Below are positions 15,180 through 23,317 of a DNA stretch of 39,964 bases, in pieces; positions within the stretch are counted from its first letter, which is position 1, and the number at the start of each line of letters is the position of its first letter. The notes below the pieces were generated by a model. That model made no database searches. It saw nothing but the letters and a program-made list of their open reading frames with translations, and had not been told where the DNA came from. The DNA lies in assembly GCA_964399015.1 (NCBI GenBank), contig CAYNOY010000004.1, positions 1 through 39,964 of the forward strand. The letters are read 5' to 3'. Source of the DNA: Candidatus Woesearchaeota archaeon. GTDB lineage: Archaea > Nanobdellota > Nanobdellia > Pacearchaeales > GW2011-AR1. Made by a program: the position numbers and the translations under genes.

Positions 15180-17114
15180 TTAAAATTCATCACCACTAAC
15201 AAATCCTAACTCACTCCCCTCATCTTCCAATCTCCCACCAAGAATATCTAAAAAATGAGATCTATGAAACTCCTTCCAATCATGTTTGTTAGAATAAGTT
15301 ATTTGCAAATTATCCTTAGCCCTTGAAACAGCAACATAAAATAATCTCAATTCACTATCTTTTTTTATCTTGGTTAAATCATCTGTATAATATGGCAAGA
15401 TCTTCTCATTACAACACGCAAGAAAAACATTTTTCCATTCAAGACCTTTTGCAGCATGAATCGTTGAAAGAATAACCTTATCTTTTGTTTTCTCCTTTTT
15501 TTCAGTTTCAATTAACCCATCTAATATCTCTTTTATTGAATCTTTAGAAAATTCTCCCCCATTAAACCAGCCTTTCAAAACTTCTAAATTTTCCAATTTT
15601 TCATCAAGTTTTCTTAGTTCTTTTTCATACTTATCTGAGATAATTCTCCCATAAGTAAGTGTATCCATAAAACTAACATAGGGACTAGTATCAAAATCAA
15701 GCAACCCGTTCTTCAAATTTTCTAGGGCACGTTCATAATAATCCTTTAATTTCAAAGATTCCAAATTATCCAATACCTCAACAAATGACAAATTATCCTT
15801 ATTCGCAATCTCTTTAATTTTTTCAACAGTTGCAATTCCAATTCCAGGATTTAATAAAACAACCCTCTCAAAATCAATAACAGAATAAGGATTAACTTTT
15901 AATTTTAAAAATGAAATAAAATCCTTAACTTCTTCTCGTTCAAAAAAAGTTACAGTCTTCGATAGGTGGCACGGAATTTTATTTCGCCTAAACACTCTTT
16001 CAATTTTTTTACCTAAATAATTAGTCCTAAAAAGTACCGCTATATTTTCTTCTTTTTCACCTTTTTCAATTAATTTTTTCACCTCAAATGCAATAGAATC
16101 AATTTCTTCATCCAAACTATAAAAATCATAAATCTTAATATTCTCTCCTTTTTCCCGAGTACATTCTAAATTTTTATCAATCTTAAAACTCATTTTAGAA
16201 ATAATCTTATTAATCCCAGAAATTATTTTCTCATTAGACCTATAATTCTTAGTTAAAAATATCTTCTTCTGATTTTCATTAAATTCAAAAATAAACTTAT
16301 TCGAAGACCCTCTCCATTCGTAAATATTCTGACAGTCGTCACCTATTAAACATAAATTCTCATTTTGTAATAATTCTAGAATCCTCATTTGCACAATGTT
16401 CAAATCCTGCGCCTCATCGACCATGAGATACTTAAATTTGTTCGAATATTTCTCTCTCATCTCCTCATTCTCATTAAATAATTTAAATGTTAAAAGTAAT
16501 ATCTCATCAAAATCAAGCAACCTGTGTTTTTTCAAATACGCTTGATACAACTTATAAATTTTATTAACCGATTGTTTTAGTTCAGTTTTAACTATCATAA
16601 TCTCATCATCAAGCGCCTCTTCAGTAAATTCTTTTTGAGAATCCTCCTCAAGTCGTTCCCACGAAAGATCTTCCGCAAGTATCCCCCGATTTTTAAATCT
16701 CGCAATCCAAGCAAGAAAATATTTAACATTCTCAATCCGAGCATCAATCTTAGCCTCAACAAGAATCTCCCTAACAATTTTCTTTTTACTAGCCTCATCA
16801 GTAATCAATGTAAAATCCGAATTCTCCGCCATCTTCTCATTATCTCTCAAAATCCTCAAAAATAATGAATGCATCGTCCCAATATATTTTGGAACCAAAT
16901 TAGTCCTTTTCTTAATTTTCATAATCATATCTTTTGCAGCCTTATTTGTAAACGTAGTCATCAAAATCTCATCGGGATTCACATTTCGTTTTTCAACCAA
17001 TGAAACATATCTTTCAACAATCGTAGTAGTTTTCCCTGTTCCCGCACTGGCTATTATTAACAAATTACCCTTGTGATGTTCTTTAGCATTTTGTTGCTCA
17101 GAATTTAATTCCAT
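15180..17114 (-). CDS. UvrD/Rep/PcrA-type SF1 DNA helicase
   Basis: Walker A ASAGTGKTTT, MVDEAQD, TKNYRS, TIHAAKGLEW, FYVAVSRA. Confidence 0.9.
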   Translation of the reverse strand: MELNSEQQNAKEHHKGNLLIIASAGTGKTTTIVERYVSLVEKRNVNPDEILMTTFTNKAAKDMIMKIKKRTNLVPKYIGTMHSLFLRILRDNEKMAENSDFTLITDEASKKKIVREILVEAKIDARIENVKYFLAWIARFKNRGILAEDLSWERLEEDSQKEFTEEALDDEIMIVKTELKQSVNKIYKLYQAYLKKHRLLDFDEILLLTFKLFNENEEMREKYSNKFKYLMVDEAQDLNIVQMRILELLQNENLCLIGDDCQNIYEWRGSSNKFIFEFNENQKKIFLTKNYRSNEKIISGINKIISKMSFKIDKNLECTREKGENIKIYDFYSLDEEIDSIAFEVKKLIEKGEKEENIAVLFRTNYLGKKIERVFRRNKIPCHLSKTVTFFEREEVKDFISFLKLKVNPYSVIDFERVVLLNPGIGIATVEKIKEIANKDNLSFVEVLDNLESLKLKDYYERALENLKNGLLDFDTSPYVSFMDTLTYGRIISDKYEKELRKLDEKLENLEVLKGWFNGGEFSKDSIKEILDGLIETEKKEKTKDKVILSTIHAAKGLEWKNVFLACCNEKILPYYTDDLTKIKKDSELRLFYVAVSRAKDNLQITYSNKHDWKEFHRSHFLDILGGRLEDEGSELGFVSGDEF

Positions 17115-17200
17115 ACCCTTAGATATTTTTTAAGCATTAAAAGTATATTGGTAATCAATCCCCTCCAAACATTTATTAATCCCTCCATCTTTCTCACTAC

Positions 17201-18502
17201 ATGAAAAAAGAGATACTATTATTCCTAATCATCCTATTCATACTCCCCTCAGTACTAGCAATAGAAATAACTCTTTCTAAAAACAATTATAACGCTAGAG
17301 AAACATTGCAAGCAGAAATAACTGGAAGCTTTATTTCACTAGATAAAGAAAATGTTTTAATCTATGAGCAAGGCAAGGTCCATCCAGAAGCATCTCTCTC
17401 AGGACTTGTCAAGCGAGGAGACAAATATTTTTATTATGCAACACTTCCAGAAAGGGCAGGAAATTTCTCACTAAGAATCGAAAATGTTCAATACATTCAA
17501 TCAGGAAAATTAATTCAAGAACCAATTTCTAAACCATTCACAATCACCACAAGCAACACCAGCGTTTTATCAATCAATCCAGGTTTCATCATAACAGAAG
17601 ATGAAGTATCAGTAAGAATTATGAGTCACAACGGAAACATGGTTGTAACAGCAACCCTAGACCAAGAAACAGAAACAGTTAATCTAATAGACAGCATAGA
17701 AGAAAAAGTAAAATTCTCTGTTTCAGAAATCAACACGACTCAAACAACATTAACTATCGGAAGCTATCGAATCCCAGTCTTCATATTAAAACTTCAAGAA
17801 ATCACAATCATTGAAGAAACCGCAGAAATAGGAATCCTCGCACTAGATTTACAAGGAACATTAGAACCCGGAGAAGATTACACTTTTGAACTTGTCCTAG
17901 AAAACATCGGAAACAAAAATCTTAGCAACATAGTATTATCTAGCGACCTAGAAGTTTCAATAGGACCTTTAGTAATTGAAACATTAAACATCGGAGAATT
18001 AGTGGTAGTGAATGTAACTCTCCTAGAGGTCCAAGAAGGAGAAAACATTTCAGGAGAGATAATTGTTGAATACGAAGACAAAGCTTCAATACTCCCAATA
18101 GCATTTGAAATTGGAGGAAATAATGAAATTATTGTAGAGGTTGATGAACCAATTATAGATGACGAACCTATCGATAACTCTGAAACCAGTCTAAGTTGCG
18201 ATGACATGGGTGGAGACGTTTGTTTAGATCCTCTAGAATGTGAGGAAGCAACAATCGCAAGTTTAGATGGCCCCTGTTGTCTAGGTGAATGCATCGAAAA
18301 ACAAGGTTTCAGCTGGTGGGCAATAGGACTACTAATTTTATTACTCCTAGGACTTTTCGCAATGTTCTTCTATAAACGAATGAAAAAGAAACAAAAACCT
18401 AAAGAATCCGGAGAAGTTCTTAACGACAAAACAGAACAATTCAAAAAACGAATGGGCTGGAACAAAGGCAAAGAAGTCAACAAACAAATTGGCAGAAGTT
18501 AA
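17201..18502 (+). CDS. Surface protein: signal peptide, beta-rich (CARDB-like) domains, Cys-rich module, TM anchor, basic tail
   Basis: MKKEILLFLIILFILPSVLA; GEDYTFELVLENIGNKNLSNIVLSS; CDDMGGDVCLDPLECEEATIASLDGPCCLGEC; TM helix WWAIGLLILLLLGLFAMFF. Confidence 0.8.
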   Translation: MKKEILLFLIILFILPSVLAIEITLSKNNYNARETLQAEITGSFISLDKENVLIYEQGKVHPEASLSGLVKRGDKYFYYATLPERAGNFSLRIENVQYIQSGKLIQEPISKPFTITTSNTSVLSINPGFIITEDEVSVRIMSHNGNMVVTATLDQETETVNLIDSIEEKVKFSVSEINTTQTTLTIGSYRIPVFILKLQEITIIEETAEIGILALDLQGTLEPGEDYTFELVLENIGNKNLSNIVLSSDLEVSIGPLVIETLNIGELVVVNVTLLEVQEGENISGEIIVEYEDKASILPIAFEIGGNNEIIVEVDEPIIDDEPIDNSETSLSCDDMGGDVCLDPLECEEATIASLDGPCCLGECIEKQGFSWWAIGLLILLLLGLFAMFFYKRMKKKQKPKESGEVLNDKTEQFKKRMGWNKGKEVNKQIGRS

Positions 18503-19074
18503 TCTTTTTTCTCACTATCCGAATTTTCTTCAGATTTTTCTTCCCTAACATCTTCTTTCTCATCCACAGATTCTTCTTTAACAACCTCTGAAGAAGGTTT
18601 TACATTAGTAGTCAATCCACCTAATTTAGGTTCAGAACCACCCGATTTCAATTCATTAATTTCTCTAGCAAGATTATCTCGTTCCATAGTTACTACTTTT
18701 GTAACCTCATCATACTTATGAAGTTTCATTGTAAGCTCATTCAAAACTCCTGACAAATCAAAATTATTCAAATTCAAAGAAGAAGGTTCCAAAATCTCAA
18801 TATTCGCAGGCATAGTATTCAAAATTAATCCAAACAAAAGCCCCATATTTTCAATCCCCAATTCAATCTCTGCAAAAGTCGTATAAACTTCCTGAGCACT
18901 TGAATCAGATTCTTCTTTATCTAAAAGTTTTGGTTCACTAATTTTTTTATTAATCAATCGAAGTCCCTTTTTCTCACTCAAGGAATCTATAAAATTTTCC
19001 AACGCCTTCTGAATATGTTCTGGAGGTCGCCCTAGAATTTCATAAACCAACATTGCTCTTATTTCTTCTACCAT
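18499..19074 (-). CDS. Hypothetical protein with an acidic C-terminal tail
   Basis: 191-aa ORF lying 1 nt downstream of the LTD gene. No family recognised. Confidence 0.6.
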   Translation of the reverse strand: MVEEIRAMLVYEILGRPPEHIQKALENFIDSLSEKKGLRLINKKISEPKLLDKEESDSSAQEVYTTFAEIELGIENMGLLFGLILNTMPANIEILEPSSLNLNNFDLSGVLNELTMKLHKYDEVTKVVTMERDNLAREINELKSGGSEPKLGGLTTNVKPSSEVVKEESVDEKEDVREEKSEENSDSEKKD

Positions 19075-19075
19075 T

Positions 19076-19771
19076 TTAACTTAATTTATTAAACCCCAAT
19101 AAAACACAAAGAATCGCACAAAGTATTGCAAAACCATAAACTGAATATTGTTTTATTAGCTCGTTTTTAGATTGATAAAGAATACTTCCAGGGGTTTTTA
19201 TACCTTCTGTTTCTGCATCATATATTTCGGGTTTAATCATTTGCACATCTTTGATTGGGGTCTCAAGAGACTCAGATTCATCCAACTCCTCCATTTCAAA
19301 ATCCTCAATAGGCCTTTGTTCATTCTCATCAGTATTAATCGTAACTTCCTCCTGCTCATTCTTAGGTTTACAATTATTCTCCAAACCCTCACTACTTCCT
19401 TCAAATGCATACTCTCCGTCACAATATTGCAATGTCTTCAAATCATTTCCACTATCCTTCAACAACGAAGTTTCAGAAACAATCGCCCCATCAACACCAA
19501 CCAAAAAAACTTTTTCATCAGAATTATCCAACCATTGCCCCTCAAAAACAATAACCAAAAATCCCTCAAAACTCTCATTCAAAAATAAAACATCTCCATC
19601 ATTATTTTTCAAACTCCAATTATTCAAATCAATCTCAGAATCAGAATATAATTCTACCCATTCACCTCCAGTATCTTTTCCTGAAGGATTCATTTCAATC
19701 TCATTAATTCTTACCTCAGCAGAAATTAAAGGAACCAAAAATACTAAGAAGATTAAACCTATAATTTTCAT
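19076..19771 (-). CDS. Lamin-tail-domain (LTD) surface protein with a C-terminal TM anchor
   Basis: Signal peptide MKIIGLIFLVFLVPLISA. VRINEIEMNPSGKDTGGEWVELYSDSEIDLNNWSL is the LTD signature. C-terminal helix YGFAILCAILCVLLGF. Confidence 0.8.
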   Translation of the reverse strand: MKIIGLIFLVFLVPLISAEVRINEIEMNPSGKDTGGEWVELYSDSEIDLNNWSLKNNDGDVLFLNESFEGFLVIVFEGQWLDNSDEKVFLVGVDGAIVSETSLLKDSGNDLKTLQYCDGEYAFEGSSEGLENNCKPKNEQEEVTINTDENEQRPIEDFEMEELDESESLETPIKDVQMIKPEIYDAETEGIKTPGSILYQSKNELIKQYSVYGFAILCAILCVLLGFNKLS

Positions 19772-19802
19772 AAGATTAGCAACACTTAGAAGTTTTTAGA
19801 AT

Positions 19803-20279
19803 TTACTCTTCATCAACATCCCTCAAATCATCATAAAAATCTTCTTCCTTCTTCGCTTCCACAATTTCACTTCCAGAAATCTTAATCTTCTCACCAAAAT
19901 ATTGCGCAAATCTTTTCCCATGAGTCTTAGCCTTCTTCAACGAAAGCCCCCAATTCCCTCCAGAATCATCAAGCTGTTTTGTATCAAAAAAATACCACCC
20001 TTGAAAATTAAATCTAACAGCAATAACCGGTTTCAATCCAAAAATATCTGAAAATGCAACAAACCTTGAAATCTGATCTTTAGAAATATACTGGATTGGT
20101 TTTTTTGTAGACTTCGCTTCAATAGCATATTTCCCCTTCCCTTTTTTCCCAGCTAAAATATCGCAATCTGCATTCTCCATCATTCCACTTCCAGCAACAC
20201 GCACAGCCCTAAAAGAATTTTCTACAAACATCTTATACAATTCTCTTTCATTTTTCGAACCCTTATTTTTATTTGACAT
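19803..20279 (-). CDS. hjc: Holliday junction resolvase Hjc with an acidic C-terminal extension
   Basis: GSKNERELYKMF...FRAVRVAGSG...DILAGKKGKGKYAIEAKSTKK...PVIAVRF..GWYFF matches the Hjc catalytic core pattern. Confidence 0.85.
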   Translation of the reverse strand: MSNKNKGSKNERELYKMFVENSFRAVRVAGSGMMENADCDILAGKKGKGKYAIEAKSTKKPIQYISKDQISRFVAFSDIFGLKPVIAVRFNFQGWYFFDTKQLDDSGGNWGLSLKKAKTHGKRFAQYFGEKIKISGSEIVEAKKEEDFYDDLRDVDEE

Positions 20280-20335
20280 TTAAAATTTAAACAACCTTTC
20301 ATAATCCTTATGATTCTGCATATTCAAAACCCTAT

Positions 20336-20629
20336 TTATAATTTTATCTCTGGTCGATTTTTGATTCTTGCACTAAGCTCAGGATTCCAAATATAAACAA
20401 TATATCCATCTTTATCACAAACAATTTTATTAATACCCCCTAAATATTCCATAATCACTTGAAATGTTTGCCACATTACTTTTTTTGGCAAATTATTAAA
20501 TAACTGAGTTTTAGTATACTCCCCACTATTGTCATCAATAAATTTCTCCACCATTAAAACTGTTTGAAGTGTCGGACTTCTAGCTATAGGATTATTTTCT
20601 GCATAATTTTGTTTTGAAACAGATTCCAT
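20336..20629 (-). CDS. Hypothetical protein (97 aa), possibly winged-helix
   Basis: ORF only. No confident motif. Confidence 0.5.
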   Translation of the reverse strand: MESVSKQNYAENNPIARSPTLQTVLMVEKFIDDNSGEYTKTQLFNNLPKKVMWQTFQVIMEYLGGINKIVCDKDGYIVYIWNPELSARIKNRPEIKL

Positions 20630-20673
20630 AACAATAATATCAATTGATATTATTTAAATCTTTTCATTCAAAA

Positions 20674-20862
20674 TTACAAATCTCTAGCCAACAAAGTCCG
20701 TCTCTGATTAGCTTTAGCCCGAGCAATAGCTTTCTTCAAATCTTCTCTAATTTTCACCTCAAGAGCCTCCTCAACCTCTGTAGCAACATTATTAATCATG
20801 TTCTCCTCATCCAATTCTTTAACTGTTTCACGAATTTTTGATTTTATTATTATAGATGTCAT
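20674..20862 (-). CDS. Small histone-fold-like protein (DUF1931-like)
   Basis: IIIKSKIRETVKE...VATEVEEALEVKIREDLKKAIARAKANQRRTLLARDL. The AKANxRxT..xxDL ending recalls DUF1931/histone-fold proteins. 4-nt overlap with lysS. Confidence 0.5.
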   Translation of the reverse strand: MTSIIIKSKIRETVKELDEENMINNVATEVEEALEVKIREDLKKAIARAKANQRRTLLARDL

Positions 20863-22397
20863 TTAACTTTCCCATCACCACGAGTTTTCTTCTTATCTTT
20901 TTTAGATACAACTTCATCTTCAGGACGCATTGTTGGAAATAATATCACGTCCCTTATACTTTCAGCACCTGTAAATAACATTACCATCCTATCAATCCCC
21001 CACCCAATTCCTCCCGTTGGTGGCATCCCAGTTTTAATTGCCTCAATAAAATCTTCATCCATTGGATGTGCTTCCTCGTCTCCGCCTCGACCTTTTTCTT
21101 GCTGTTCTCTTAAGGTCTCTGCCTGCAATTCAGGATCATTCAGTTCAGTATAAATATTTCCTAATTCCATTCCAAATCCCACAGGTTCACATTGTTCATT
21201 AAATCTTTCATCTTCCCTATGCCTTTTACAAAGCGGCGTACCTTCTTTAGGCCGGTCATAAATATGAGTTGGTTGAACAGTATTTTCTTCAACAAGTTCC
21301 ATCAACTCCTCAACAAGTTCCCCCCAATTCAATCCATTATCAATATTGAGGTTATGCTTTTTTGCAATTTCTCTTAATTCTTTCTCACTACATTTACAAA
21401 TATCCTTTTTTATAACTTCTTTAATCGCAGCGTTCACAGTCTTTCGAGGCCATGGCGCTTTCAAATTAATTTCTACTTCCTTTCCTTTATACATCCTTTT
21501 AATTTTCGTTGTACCAAGAACTTTCTTTGCACAATATTCCCAACACTCCTCCATAAATTTCATCATATCATTATAATCTGCATAAGCCCAATATGCCTCA
21601 ATCATTGTAAATTCAGGATTATGCGAATGATCAACCCCCTCATTTCTAAAATTCTTACAAATTGTGAAAACCTTATCATAACCTCCAACAATTAATCTTT
21701 TCAAGTAAAGCTCTGGAGAGATTGATAAATACATATCCATATCCCATGCATTAATATGTGTGACAAATGGTTTAGCATTAGCACCACCATACTGAGTTTG
21801 TAAAAGCGGAGTTTCTACTTCCATAAATCCTTTTTCTTCTAAAAATTCACGAATCGCTTTTATTATCTTACTTCGCACTTCAAAAGTTTTTTTCACATCT
21901 TCATTCATAAACAAATCAACATAACGTTTCCTATACCTTTCTTCTTTATCTTGAAGCCCATGCCATTTCTCAGGCATCGGGTTAATTGCCTTAGATAATA
22001 TTGTAGCTTTTTTTACAAGGACAGAAATTTCGCCAGTTCTAGTCTTCATTACACTTCCTTCAAACCCAAAAAAATCCCCACTATCCCCATATTTTTTAAA
22101 AAGTTCAAACGAAGAACTTGTGGTTTCACCTTTTTGAAGTATTGCCTGAATATTCCCTTTTCCATCTTGAAGCGTTACAAAAATAAGTTTCCCAAGATTT
22201 CTCTTAGTCATAATTCTCCCAGCAATTTTTACTTTTTCCTTAGTTCTCTCATCATCCTTAAGTTTTACAAATTTCTTTTTGATATCCCAAGAATAATCTT
22301 CAACATTATATTTATGCGGATAAGGATTAATCCCTTGCTCTCGCAACTCCCTTAACTTTCTTCCCCTTTCCTGAATTATTTGATCTTCTCTTCCCAT
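20859..22397 (-). CDS. lysS: Lysyl-tRNA synthetase, class II
   Basis: OB anticodon-binding N-terminal domain. Class II motifs FRNEGVDHSHNPEFTMIEAYWAYADY and GGIGWGIDRMVMLF. Confidence 0.95.
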   Translation of the reverse strand: MGREDQIIQERGRKLRELREQGINPYPHKYNVEDYSWDIKKKFVKLKDDERTKEKVKIAGRIMTKRNLGKLIFVTLQDGKGNIQAILQKGETTSSSFELFKKYGDSGDFFGFEGSVMKTRTGEISVLVKKATILSKAINPMPEKWHGLQDKEERYRKRYVDLFMNEDVKKTFEVRSKIIKAIREFLEEKGFMEVETPLLQTQYGGANAKPFVTHINAWDMDMYLSISPELYLKRLIVGGYDKVFTICKNFRNEGVDHSHNPEFTMIEAYWAYADYNDMMKFMEECWEYCAKKVLGTTKIKRMYKGKEVEINLKAPWPRKTVNAAIKEVIKKDICKCSEKELREIAKKHNLNIDNGLNWGELVEELMELVEENTVQPTHIYDRPKEGTPLCKRHREDERFNEQCEPVGFGMELGNIYTELNDPELQAETLREQQEKGRGGDEEAHPMDEDFIEAIKTGMPPTGGIGWGIDRMVMLFTGAESIRDVILFPTMRPEDEVVSKKDKKKTRGDGKVK

Positions 22398-22398
22398 T

Positions 22399-22671
22399 TT
22401 AAAATAAATTTATCTTAAACCCCTTAAAACCTTGATGCCTAAGTTCTTGAGTTTCAACTTTTTTTATAGCTGAGTGTTGCGAACCTTTCTTACAACGAAC
22501 AACCATTTCATTAATTCTTTCATCTCTTCCCTCCACAACAACCTCAACTCTTCCATCATCCAAATTCCTAACAAATCCCCTTATACTCAATTCATCAGCA
22601 CATTCTTTCATATACTTTCTAAAAAAAATACCCTGTACAGAGCCTGAAATATATATTCTTAAGGTTTTCAT
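22399..22671 (-). CDS. acyP: Acylphosphatase
   Basis: 90 aa with ISGSVQGIFFRKY...GFVRNLDDGRVEVVVEG. Confidence 0.9.
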   Translation of the reverse strand: MKTLRIYISGSVQGIFFRKYMKECADELSIRGFVRNLDDGRVEVVVEGRDERINEMVVRCKKGSQHSAIKKVETQELRHQGFKGFKINLF

Positions 22672-22695
22672 CCCTGAAGAAAGAGCTTGATATTT

Positions 22696-23277
22696 TTAAA
22701 GCTTAGTGTTCTCACGCAAATCCAATTCATTATTAATAATTATCATAGTTTGCGAAGCAAAATAAACCTTCCTCCCAAGAGAAATTCTATCTTTATACTT
22801 CTTAACTTCCTTTCTCGGAAGCCCTTCATGATCCCCTATAACAAAAACAGAATTATCTAACACATCACCCTTAACCTCTCTCAATGCAGTTCCTTTCTTA
22901 TCTAAAATCTGCACAACCTTACCTTCATCTTCCATCTCATTCAACAACTGCCGAAAAGATTTCTTTTCAATAAAACAACCTGGAAAAACCTCTGTCTTTT
23001 TCTTAGGGCTCGCCTTATACAACATTCTCTTAATCAAACCCGCAACATCTTTTTTACTAATCGGCAAATCAGGATCAGAAATTATCTCAAGATGCATCGG
23101 CGGATTAGGCATACCATTAAATATCATATGCAAATGAATATCTTCCCGAGTTTTATGACTTATAAAAAATGTCTGGATAATCACATTACAAACTATGTCC
23201 ATTCTTCCTGCCTTCATCAAATCCTTAAAGTTCCCAGACGTCTGCGCCTTAGACGAAAAATAAATAAATTCTCTCAT
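22696..23277 (-). CDS. trmY: tRNA (pseudouridine54-N1)-methyltransferase TrmY (SPOUT, DUF358)
   Basis: MREFIYFSSKAQTSGNF...AGRMDIVCNVIIQTFFISH...VIGDHEGLP. Confidence 0.85.
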   Translation of the reverse strand: MREFIYFSSKAQTSGNFKDLMKAGRMDIVCNVIIQTFFISHKTREDIHLHMIFNGMPNPPMHLEIISDPDLPISKKDVAGLIKRMLYKASPKKKTEVFPGCFIEKKSFRQLLNEMEDEGKVVQILDKKGTALREVKGDVLDNSVFVIGDHEGLPRKEVKKYKDRISLGRKVYFASQTMIIINNELDLRENTKL

Positions 23278-23317
23278 AATTATTAAAAGAATTAATAGTT
23301 TAAAGGATTAACTATCA

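Noticed and set aside
18499-18502. Convergent genes whose stop codons overlap within TTAA (17201..18502 with 18499..19074, and 1079..1225 with 1222..1537).
   Set aside because: This is real but best explained by genome compaction. No specific mechanism can be argued from the sequence alone.
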